In this document: piece after piece, positions 29,101 to 35,760 of the stretch
Layout: every line of letters begins with the position of its first letter
Position numbering within the stretch: position 1 is the stretch's first letter
Assembly: GCA_051294905.1 (NCBI GenBank)
Contig: CM119371.1
Coordinates: 28,584,001-28,648,000, forward strand
From: Botryllus schlosseri
Taxonomy: Eukaryota
Direction of reading: 5' to 3'
DNA: 64,000 nt
Position numbers and translations under genes: made by a program
The notes under the pieces: model-generated
Told to the model about the DNA's origin: nothing
The model's input: the letters and a program-made list of their open reading frames with translations, nothing else
Database searches by the model: none

Positions 29101-32100
29101 GATACCGTAGCACATCCTTAAAGCCAATGCTGATATTTCAATAATATCAGCGACTAGTATGCAACTATGCATCGATGCCAATAATAATAATTTACCACGA
29201 TTAAAGGGACAAACAGTTAATTTACTTGTAATTCGTTATCAAATCGCTACAAGCCATACAATGTTATTTCCTATAACATTGGTTTCTACATGAAAATTGA
29301 TATCTGCAATGACAGATATTATTAGTTATATCTGATATAAAACAGCCTATCCCTGCTTAGAATGGCCGGTTTCAGGATCTCCTTGGAACCAATACATTTA
29401 ATATTAGCCACATTGCGACGCCACGCTAAAGCAGTTAAGTTGATAGCTTTACCGCATTTAATATAACAAAAAAGCAATGTGTCAAATCAGTTACCTCTAT
29501 GTCTTTATTTTCCAGAGGCAGCACGGTGCTTGCATAGAGATTAAATTCCACCAATTGTTTTCCTGAAAATGGGGATAATAACTTGAAAAACTTATGGATT
29601 ACGGTATATTTATATCTTCTCATATTGGAAGAGCTTCTTTGGAGGTACAGAACTTCGATATACGATTAAATAGTATATTCATATTGAAATGACACTGGTC
29701 AGGGGTAATCGTCAGCAACTAGTAGAGAATTGGAAAGAACATTGTTCATCTTTTCATATAAGTGTAATGCATAATTGTAGGCCTTGATCAAGTTACAATA
29801 GGTCTGCAAACACATACAATTTTAATTAGGCAATCAGCGGATTCAATAGGCACGTTTTCAAATCGAAGTTCCAATCGAAATCCTAAATTATTCATATTCA
29901 GTCGAAATCCGAAGTCTACACATATGGATACACAAGGAACTGAAGCAAGATCGACTGGAGTCGATCTGTGTATTGACTCGACTTGGACTCGAGCCATTGC
30001 GCACGACTCTAACCAAGTCGTATGACTCGAGACTCAGACGGCCAAGACCGACATTTCAATGTAATTTCGAAGAATAGTAAAGTAACCACACCGTTGGGAC
30101 TTCGTCTATTGGCACTGGTACTTGAAAATTCGACCAGAAACTGCAAAAAGTGAGGAAAATTAGTATATTATAAATGCGAACCATTCGATATCACACGTAG
30201 AGTTATAAAAAGTGGGTTTAACATGACTTTCAACTGGAAACTGAGCAGTCAACACATTGACTCGGACTCGACGCTCTACTAGCTGACTTGGACTCTGACT
30301 TGACTCAAGTCAAAACTATAAAAGCGACATTGACTTGTGACTCAGAGATTTGTGACTTGGTGGCAACCCTGATAAAACAGACTCAGGATTGGTACTACAG
30401 CTACCAGAGGCCGAGCGATTCCGTGGCGTCTATCTCGGCGTTTACCTGCCGCCGCGCAATCTGCGTCGTTGGAGTAATGCTTCTCTTCCAGGTTGAATTC
30501 CTTGTCTTCGTTGTCCTCGATCATTTTCTTCTCCACGACGAGAACCTCCTTGACTTTCTGCACGGACATACAAGTGGTTATCAAGGGGACTAATCAATAA
30601 GTAGGGTAAATCTAAATCAGTGGTTCTCAACCACCAGTCCTTGGATATATAATTCATTTTTATTCTCAGTCGCAAAATGTGACAGGTTGACGACTTGTCC
30701 AATGTAATTAAAGCAGGTGTTCTCAACCTAGGAAAGGTGGACTAGTTTTGAGGCCAATGTTGAAACCAGAATGATAAAACTACGTGTCCTTTATAACATG
30801 TCCTTATTTTAGACTTGTATCCATATTTTATCGTATTTTCGGAGCTCAGCACAGGTCACAAGCGAAAATGATGACGTTTTTTAGTCACGGGTAGCTTTTT
30901 AGGCAACCAGCTGGCAATATGAGGCTGTGATTATCACTGCGCGGGAGTGATGACCTTTTTTTTGTCATCAGCTTACCAGAATTTGCGGTTAGGGGATCAT
31001 TCAAGAAATTTAGGTTCCGCGGCCGAAAATAGGTTAAGAAACACTGAATTGGAGTAATAAATAACCTAATTTGAAACTGATTAAGAAATTCGTAATGTAA
31101 TTTAGAGCGCTTCGTCTGCTTTCAACTTATGCTACGTCAAAAATGTTTAAAAGCAGCCATCCAGTTGGTGGTTTTAACTGGAATTTGCTTTACAGAAACT
31201 TCTAAAGACCCACACACAACAGACATACTATCAGAAAGACTTAGCCAGTGGCCACCTTCGTCTAATTTAGGGCAAAATGAAGTCATCGATGAACTTGGAT
31301 TTGCAGCTCTAATTGGGACCAGGATTTCGGGAGTTATTTTGCAGATCTTGTCCCAATCTCTGACCCTCTGTCTTGTAGAGTAGCTACTTATTTATCAGCT
31401 TCAGTAAAGAACATACCAGCATTTTCTCGTATGTCGTCTCCTGCTTCATGAAGGCCATTAAGTCGTGAGGCTGGTTAATCGCAAATGGAGACTCAAGCTG
31501 TAAAACATAACATAATCATATTAGCCTAATATACCCACATCATGGCGCATCACTCGCTGGAATCTCTCAACTTGTTTGGGGTTGGATCCAAAAGCTATAT
31601 TATAAAGTACCTGCATTTCGCGTTTTCCGCCACGCATACGGGGTGGTTCAAATAGGCTACTAGTTCAAGATCAAGCAATTTAATGACATTGTTTAGAATG
31701 AAGTTCACGTTCCTGCTCACAAGGTTGCTGAAATTCAGGCTTTGGTTGAAACGATGTCACAATGCCGTTTAAATTCATCCCCGAGTTCAGATCAGCTAAT
31801 AAAGCTGTATAAAGTTCCACTTGAATCGGAATTTAAGTTTATTCAGAGTAAAACAATCCTTGCATATTAAAGAAATCGAGTGCAAACAAGCTCACATGGC
31901 TGTTCAAACTCTACTTTATGGGTTGAATAAAACTCACAAAGTTATTTAAAATCAAGTTCCAGATCAAACAAGCTCGCAAGGTTGTTTAAATTCAAGTTTG
32001 AGTTCAAACAATGTAACAATGCGGTCTAAATTCATGCCGAACCCAATCAAGCTCGCAAGGCCGCTCCAAAATCAAGCAAAATCTTGAAGTGTCTTCAGTT

Positions 32101-32556
32101 CAAGAGATCTGGCCGGAATACGGAAATTGAGTGGGAACAAGATCATATGGATGTTTAAACTCAAGTTCAAGTTCAGGCGCAGGCTCACCCTGATGCTCAA
32201 AGTTACGTCGGCGGTTGAACACATCACATATTCACCATCTCACAAGTGATCAGAATTGGTCTACCGTCCCTGTCTACAGGACTACAAGTACACAGAACAT
32301 TCCCTATGTTTCGAATATCATTCACCGCGATAGTGACGTTCGCTGCTGACGAGGGTCAGTCGAAAATTATTTAGTGAATAAATTAACAATATGAAGTTTT
32401 CGTTTATTTCAATTCTGAAATTAAATAGAACGCAACAAACTATACCTTTTCCTGGACTTTGCCTTCTTCCGTGACCACCCAGTGGGTACTGCCCCCGACC
32501 AGCGAGAACAGCAGGAACTTGAGAAGCAGCAGAAACAGGCCGGACATTTTCACCAT
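5032..32556 (-). CDS. TTC17: Tetratricopeptide repeat protein 17 (whole gene span; 29 coding exons, ~1114 aa)
   Basis: Hand-spliced exons with GT-AG junctions stay in phase for 3345 nt from ATG to TGA. The N-terminal hydrophobic signal plus THWVVTEEGKV, QPHDL, IEDNED, SSWVAYNMASLYWRVK, DIALVGLANILHR and QEKLEAQHESLQRTLKEL match recalled human TTC17 motifs (THWVVTEDGKI, SSWVLYNMASFYWRIK, QKLEAQHRSLQRTLNEL). Three TPR clusters are present. Confidence 0.95.
5622..5816 (-). CDS. TTC17: TTC17 exon 28
   Basis: tttacag|AINCLRLSLTLAPAEMRDIVFLGLANIFAQLEQWNDALFVAREALLLRPDDFLYHFTLANILAAK|gtaagc. Confidence 0.94.
6023..6163 (-). CDS. TTC17: TTC17 exon 27 (TPR cluster 3)
   Basis: ttttcag|LLEQLIKGGDISEMTDRLKEGTKRNPNSWRLSYLTSYYWRLKGKAKE|gtttgg. 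Confidence 0.92.
6191..6523. mobile_element. hAT MITE family A, truncated
   Basis: One TIR end (TTACAAAACCCTG) plus family internal sequence; fills most of a 372-nt intron. Confidence 0.8.
6536..6689 (-). CDS. TTC17: TTC17 exon 26
   Basis: gtcgcag|FTEELPFAKSGGYEIYEPFCRCTSAPLVDDLKTIVDRDLYLSYDGEFGMKT|gtgagt; cf. human EPLC...HYTGE. Confidence 0.88.
8046..8138 (-). CDS. TTC17: TTC17 exon 25
   Basis: ttcacag|(N)RSEKTIVEDETYFMFEKTRQIETPAVALNG|gtaggc; symmetric phase 2. Confidence 0.72.
8504..9143. mobile_element. Non-autonomous TA-targeting (pogo/Tc1-mariner-like) element
   Basis: Ends (T)CGTAATTTTCC...GGATAATTACGG; reverse-orientation relative of 42781-43605, inserted in an AATTAG-rich repeat. 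Confidence 0.8.
9644..9745 (-). CDS. TTC17: TTC17 exon 24
   Basis: ctttag|(M)KESFTKSECSQVLQEVDIKSYITSNLNVNIRGY|gtaagt. Confidence 0.87.
   Translation of the reverse strand, partial: ERELHQVGMLSSPARGRHQVLHHVESEREHPRI
10385..10506 (-). CDS. TTC17: TTC17 exon 23
   Basis: gtgtagcag|LSSSAKKMMVQLSQMRDNLGSLMEEASYTLGTGAVIKPSP|gtgagt; tandem TAGCAG acceptor. Confidence 0.83.
10868..11370. mobile_element. Two adjacent copies of MITE family C (TTACCCCTGACGAGTGTCAGCCG core)
   Basis: ~90-bp terminal inverted repeats; other copies or fragments near 10130-10260, 15900-15990, 21005-21120, 26550-26870, 29630-29750 and 38280-38580. Confidence 0.78.
11429..11547 (-). CDS. TTC17: TTC17 exon 22
   Basis: cggtcag|(D)QSDLVRRLETTKEDADKILNDADAVIKKLSHVAQDGSKE|gtaggt. 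Confidence 0.83.
11878..11907 (-). CDS. TTC17: TTC17 exon 21 (30-nt micro-exon)
   Basis: ttttcttttacag|(V)TGTEGENSS|gtgatt; symmetric phase 1, supported by splice signals only. Confidence 0.6.
12230..12450. mobile_element. hAT MITE family A, truncated
   Basis: Degenerate TIR plus the family A subterminal sequence. Confidence 0.75.
12573..12624 (-). CDS. TTC17: TTC17 exon 20 (52 nt)
   Basis: caacag|PTEVESQVFTMESFHMT|gtaggg; supplies the needed phase 0 to 1 change. Confidence 0.78.
12670..13310. repeat. AT-rich low-complexity tandem duplication (~320-bp unit)
   Basis: TTTTGAAA(C/A)CATCTCAAAT..CCGA.ATTTTATGAATTTTT at ~12671 and ~12993, with parallel downstream sequence. Confidence 0.7.
13345..13548 (-). 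CDS. TTC17: TTC17 exon 19
   Basis: ttttcag|PSTYLGLGNVFQAKGNVSGAVTFYEYGLFLQPESKEILYALFHVKCGAKYDKETREAILGKDYERKRE|gtgagt. Confidence 0.93.
13747..14257. mobile_element. hAT MITE family A
   Basis: Both TIRs present; degenerate TSD TCGGAATC/TCAAAATC. Confidence 0.9.
14564..14633 (-). CDS. TTC17: TTC17 exon 18
   Basis: ttccag|YRLGRIDDAKKVFVDALHINRSE|gttaga. Confidence 0.9.
15488..15645 (-). CDS. TTC17: TTC17 exon 17 (TPR cluster 2)
   Basis: attcag|DKARNLWLLYNFAGLYFRVMGDNLKAIECIRRGLPRTPAEHLDVPLVNVGNI(L)|gtgagt. Confidence 0.94.
16684..16776 (-). CDS. TTC17: TTC17 exon 16
   Basis: ttacag|DMLMHLNDGVIWPRDVGHRLQQAITKSLAEK|gtagct. Confidence 0.87.
16884..17398. mobile_element. Foldback hAT MITE family B
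   Basis: TAGGGG...CCCCTA with long inverted arms; TSD ATGTACAT/ATGTGCAT. Confidence 0.9.
17660..18156. mobile_element. Foldback hAT MITE family B, diverged subfamily
   Basis: TAGGGCTGTTCAAAA start with inverted arms related to family B. Confidence 0.8.
18244..18427 (-). CDS. TTC17: TTC17 exon 15
   Basis: atgtag|VRDQLTLYLGIKNGESVSPPWNELNCEYLEPLYEKTIIDSIPGIDDRHGGPIYKPDEFMNR|gtgagt. Confidence 0.88.
19009..19492. mobile_element. Foldback hAT MITE family B
   Basis: TAGGGCTCTTCAAAA...TTTTGAAGAGCCCTA; perfect TSD TTGTACAA. Confidence 0.92.
20175..20281 (-). CDS. TTC17: TTC17 exon 14
   Basis: ctttcag|DSTWPSAEFCETHSPQALAWDEYPSSYIDPETRGF(P)|gtaagt; cf. human WPKRADC...PTYFLPPENKG. Confidence 0.9.
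20401..20502 (-). CDS. TTC17: TTC17 exon 13
   Basis: catgcag|GATDTILDQAAKFSPGGASSDQKKPEDMAINDWM|gtagat; GC-rich coding-like island. Confidence 0.8.
20914..20946 (-). CDS. TTC17: TTC17 exon 12 (33-nt micro-exon)
   Basis: ttttgacag|VSGKNKMKLME|gtgggt; symmetric phase 0, supported by splice signals only. Confidence 0.6.
21397..21617. mobile_element. Short TA-targeting element of the same family
   Basis: TA|CCGTAATTTTCC...GGGAATTACGG|TA. Confidence 0.78.
21860..21969 (-). CDS. TTC17: TTC17 exon 11
   Basis: gtacag|(N)KKTCKLRTDEDGGPVLFCNLPNVEDTEEDDELIPNI|gtgagt; phase fits. Confidence 0.85.
22141..22522. mobile_element. Kolobok-like foldback MITE
   Basis: TTAA|AGGGGCACTG...CAGTGCCCCT|TTAA; ~170-bp inverted arms; a fragment of the same family lies near 10280-10322. 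Confidence 0.85.
23069..23252 (-). CDS. TTC17: TTC17 exon 10 (coiled coil)
   Basis: cttcag|EKLEAQHESLQRTLKELESYQRKHKKYAEYYQSIERMQLAQKEQIELHFVLMRHSIDEGTF|gtgagt. Confidence 0.94.
23665..24194. mobile_element. hAT MITE family A
   Basis: CAGGGCTGTGTAA...TTACAACCCTG with family internal sequence. Confidence 0.88.
24263..24379 (-). CDS. TTC17: TTC17 exon 9
   Basis: tttcag|SLGEYAPAAEHFEKCLADQPGFKAAQDRLHAVRCQNKLQ|gtaggc. Confidence 0.94.
24680..25105. mobile_element. Diverged palindromic element
   Basis: AAAAGCAGCATAATTGGTAG..TATAGCTGGCGA is inverted at TCGCCAGCTATA..CTACCAATTATGCTGCTTTT; the arms continue inward. Confidence 0.72.
26103..26199 (-). CDS. TTC17: TTC17 exon 8
   Basis: cccag|(R)SHFTINASVVLEYALEVSDASVIHFALGCVYA|gtaagt. 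Confidence 0.93.
26306..26540. mobile_element. hAT MITE family A, internally deleted
   Basis: CAGGGTTGTA start, GACTCGAGTC array, degenerate second end. Confidence 0.8.
26916..27073 (-). CDS. TTC17: TTC17 exon 7 (TPR cluster 1)
   Basis: ccgcag|NSSSWVAYNMASLYWRVKGDAEKAIECVRRAIFHSPARYRDIALVGLANILH(R)|gtgagc. Confidence 0.95.
27244..27363 (-). CDS. TTC17: TTC17 exon 6
   Basis: attccag|GVANKEYLALYQAEPVLKSTLKYMENEREFAQAVTTALKQ|gtcatt. Confidence 0.88.
27874..28421. mobile_element. Palindromic TA-flanked MITE
   Basis: TA|CGTGGCTCATTCCATTATAATTT...AAATTATAATGGAATTAGCCATG|TA with further inverted internal blocks. Confidence 0.8.
28600..28707 (-). CDS. TTC17: TTC17 exon 5
   Basis: ttttgaag|AVDYIDLEESGHGEEEPDCGDIQELPPGSLPYDTME|gtgagg. 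Confidence 0.88.
29495..29562 (-). CDS. TTC17: TTC17 exon 4
   Basis: ttttcag|(G)KQLVEFNLYASTVLPLENKDIE|gtaact; phase 1 to 0 is consistent. Confidence 0.9.
29950..30371. mobile_element. hAT MITE family A, one end truncated
   Basis: Family internal sequence ending GGCAACCCTG. Confidence 0.82.
30446..30557 (-). CDS. TTC17: TTC17 exon 3
   Basis: gtgcag|KVKEVLVVEKKMIEDNEDKEFNLEEKHYSNDADCAAA(G)|gtaaac. Confidence 0.92.
31417..31497 (-). CDS. TTC17: TTC17 exon 2
   Basis: ttttacag|LESPFAINQPHDLMAFMKQETTYEKML|gtatgt. Confidence 0.92.
31650..32200. repeat. Degenerate ~40-bp minisatellite
   Basis: Recurring AAACAAGCTC(A/G)CAAGGTTGTTTAAATTCAAGTT-like units. Confidence 0.68.
32446..32556 (-). CDS. TTC17: TTC17 coding exon 1
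   Basis: MVKMSGLFLLLLKFLLFSLVGGSTHWVVTEEGKVQEK|gtatag; an alternative in-frame ATG lies at 32545-32547. Confidence 0.92.
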
Positions 32557-32872
32557 TTTTACGTTAATAGCAGTAACACTATATATTAACACATACTATA
32601 TTGTGCTAAGAGTATATCTGTAAAACACAAAAAATAATTGAACTCAGCTAACGCTGTGTGAATGGGAGTAGGCATAAGACGGATTGAGTACTCAACATAC
32701 TTAACTAATGACCAACTTTCAGGTGACACAGTTCACTGAAAATGGAATAAAATGCTAGGCCTACTGCACTATTCTTTGTATAAGGGTCCCATTATTTTGC
32801 ACAAAAAAATGGTTTCAAATGGTTTTATTTCACATTAGAAGCTAACCAGCTATAATTCTTATGGCGGTACGT

Positions 32873-33385
32873 TAGGGGTATTCAGAAATTTTCTCAAATT
32901 GTAGTGGCTACTTCATAAACTTGTTAGGTTACCTAATTTAAGCCTGCACACCAAATTTGGTTCAATTCCAGCGAGTAGCCGCATTGCTACAGGAGAACAA
33001 AGTGTATATTTATTATGTAAAAATGAATTTAAAAAAATTTAAAAATATAATAAATAATTAAAGAGCTGGCCACCGTAAATACTATTTTATTGACAATCCA
33101 AAATTTTCGACGGCAATAACTCCACTTCCACTGGGTGGAGTTGAACCAAATTTGGTGAACATCGTTTCTATAGACAACCTAACACTTTCATGGGGTGAAC
33201 AGAAAATTTTGAAATATTTTTTATTCATTTTTATATAATAATTAGAAACTTTCTTCTCCTGTAGCAAAGCGGTTACTGGCTGGAATTGAACCACATTTGG
33301 TGTGTAGGCTTAAATTAGGTAACCTAACAATTTTATCAAGTAGCCAGTACAATTTGAGAAAAAAAGTCATTTTTGAAGACCCCTA
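32873..33385. mobile_element. Foldback hAT MITE family B
   Basis: Both ends present; left arm internally deleted; no clear TSD. Confidence 0.85.
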
Positions 33386-33879
33386 ATGCACATAATATTG
33401 AAGTTGAACATTGCTTCCGCCAGGAGTTAAACTTGTAAAAACGTAACAAACAAGGTAGGATGATGAAGACATTTTTCGCGTACACAAACTGATGTCATGA
33501 TTGAAAAAATAGCCGTTTCCTTAAATAAAAACCGTCACGGTAAGATACAATATAGATAGATTGCAAGCAATACCGAAACTTGATAATAAATAAAACACAA
33601 GTGTAATGAACAGTGAAAAAACAGCCAGACAAGCATACAGCTATCCATCGTAAGCGTGAGGATTTACATCGGAGCAGTAAGCTAAACGATCGCGACGACT
33701 ATTTATCATCTCAACGTCTTTGCAAGTACAGAAACAGGATAAAGTCACAGTGTTTTCTTCAGATTTCCGAGTCCTATAAAGTCTGAAATACGAAAGACAA
33801 AATTCATGGCCACTTGCTCAGAGGCATCACACGAATTACTCTGACCGAGAAAAGATGCAGTGTCATACAGCCTACATAT

Positions 33880-34579
33880 TAGGGTTCTTCAAAAATGACT
33901 TTTTCTCTCAAATCGTACTGGCTACTTGATAAAATTGTTAGGTTACCTAATTTAAGCCTACACACAAAATTTGGTTCAATTCCAACCAGTAGCCGCATTG
34001 CTACAGGAGAAGAAAGTTTATATTTATTATAGAAAAGTGAATAACAAAAAATTTAAAAATTTTCTGTTCACCCCATGAAAGTGTTAGGTTGTCTATAGAA
34101 ACGATGTTCACCAAATTTGGTTCAATTGCAATCAGTGGAAGCGGAGTTATTGCCGTTGAAAAATTCGGATTTGAATAAAATAGTATTTTATAATAAATAA
34201 TTAAAGAATGGGTCACCGTAAATAGGCTACTATTTTATTCATAATCGAAATTTTTCGACGGCAATAACCAATAACTCCGCTTCTACTGGTTGGAATTGAA
34301 CCAAATTTGGTGAACGTCGTTGGTACTCGCTTTGGCGGTACACATACTAAAAAAATGGGTGAATGTCGTTTCTATAGACAACCTGACACTTTCATGGGGT
34401 GAACAGAAAATTTGCAAATTTCTTTATATAATAAATTGAAACTTTCTTCTGCTGTAGCAATGCGGCTACTGGTTGGAATTGAACCAAATTTGGTGTGGGG
34501 GCTTAAATTAGGTAACCTAACAATTTTATCAAGTAGCCGGTACGATTTGAGAAAAAAAAGTCATTTTTGAAGACCCCTA
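33880..34579. mobile_element. Foldback hAT MITE family B carrying a U6-derived insertion
   Basis: Perfect TSD CTACATAT; near full-length inverted arms. Confidence 0.92.
34322..34357 (+). pseudogene. 3'-truncated U6 snRNA retrocopy
   Basis: GTACTCGCTTTGGCGGTACACATACTAAAAAAATGG versus the recalled U6 5' end GTGCTCGCTTCGGCAGCACATATACTAAAATTGG; flanked by a 13-bp duplication GGTGAA(C/T)GTCGTT. Confidence 0.75.
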
Positions 34580-34597
34580 CTACATATACACAAGCAT

Positions 34598-35055
34598 TAG
34601 GGTTATTGAGAAATAACTCTTTTCCCGGGTTCCAGGGATTCACTGAATATTTGGCGAGGTTGACTAAATTTTGAAGTTATTATCATTTATTTTTTAAATT
34701 TTATCGTCAACCCCGTGAAATTGTCTTGTTGTATAAAAGAACGACGCTTAACAATTTTTTCTCTCTTTCCAACCAGTAGAAGCCAAGTTACCGTGTTCGA
34801 AAAGTTTGTATTCGCAAAAATAGCCTGGACGGTGGGTAATCCCAGAATTATTTTCATTGGGTTGACAGTAACATTCCTAAAACGTATCAAACGTTTTCAT
34901 AGTTAATGCAAAATTTTCAAACTCCCGTGCGTTCACATCAAGCAGTTGGAACCGAGCCAAATTTGGGGTGCAGTGTTTTCTCTTCAGGCAACCTGACAAT
35001 TTAATCGGTGAATCCATGAAATCCGAGGAAATATTGGTCTTTTTGAACAGCCCTA
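34598..35055. mobile_element. hAT MITE related to family B
   Basis: TAGGGTT...AGCCCTA; its interior is related, in opposite orientation, to 44028-44583. Confidence 0.8.
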
Positions 35056-35588
35056 ATGAAGATTCTGCATGAATACCTTTATCTTAACATATTATTGTGT
35101 CTCTTTAACACATGAAAAAAAGATACATCACTCGCACCCAAGGGCATAGCCAGCATGATTTTTCAAAAATGACGTGACAAAATTGATATTCACCCAAGAA
35201 GGTATAATATTAATATCCATATAAGTAAAGTTCTCCACTAGAACTAATGCTATTAAACTAACTCTATGCTCTCATTCCCTGAAAATGCTACAGGAAAACT
35301 CTATAGAGCCAACGAGCCAAGCTTGCTGTACAGACATTTGCTATTCTCATGCCAACAATTCGACCAGCTGATTCAATGCCTGAGTTTTTGCGGATTCGGT
35401 AACTTTAATTCTAACCTAATTTGCAAAAAAATGTGCAGCTATAATTCTAATTCTAATCTAATTCGCAAACAACTGTGTAGCTATAATTCTAATTCTACCC
35501 TATTTTGGAAAAAAACTTTGTAGCCGCAATACGAAATCTAATCTAATTTGCAAAAGATATCAAAGTCTGCCCTACGCCCCGCTCACCT

Positions 35589-35760
35589 CTACGCCCGATG
35601 CCAGGTTAAGCGGTTTTCGGAGAAATGAGGTCGGAAAACAAGCGCCCCGTTTTTAAACACAGAACGCGCCGGGTCGGGATGGTCTCGAATGAACGCCAGC
35701 GTCTCGCGGATATGGTCGCAGAAGTTGTCCGGCTCCACGTCTGGCGATGTCGACATGTAT
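35589..35760 (-). CDS. NTAN1: NTAN1 last coding exon 7
   Basis: tttcag|YMSTSPDVEPDNFCDHIRETLAFIRDHPDPARSVFKNGALVFRPHFSENRLTWHRA*(TAG), followed by AG|gtgagc. Confidence 0.94.
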
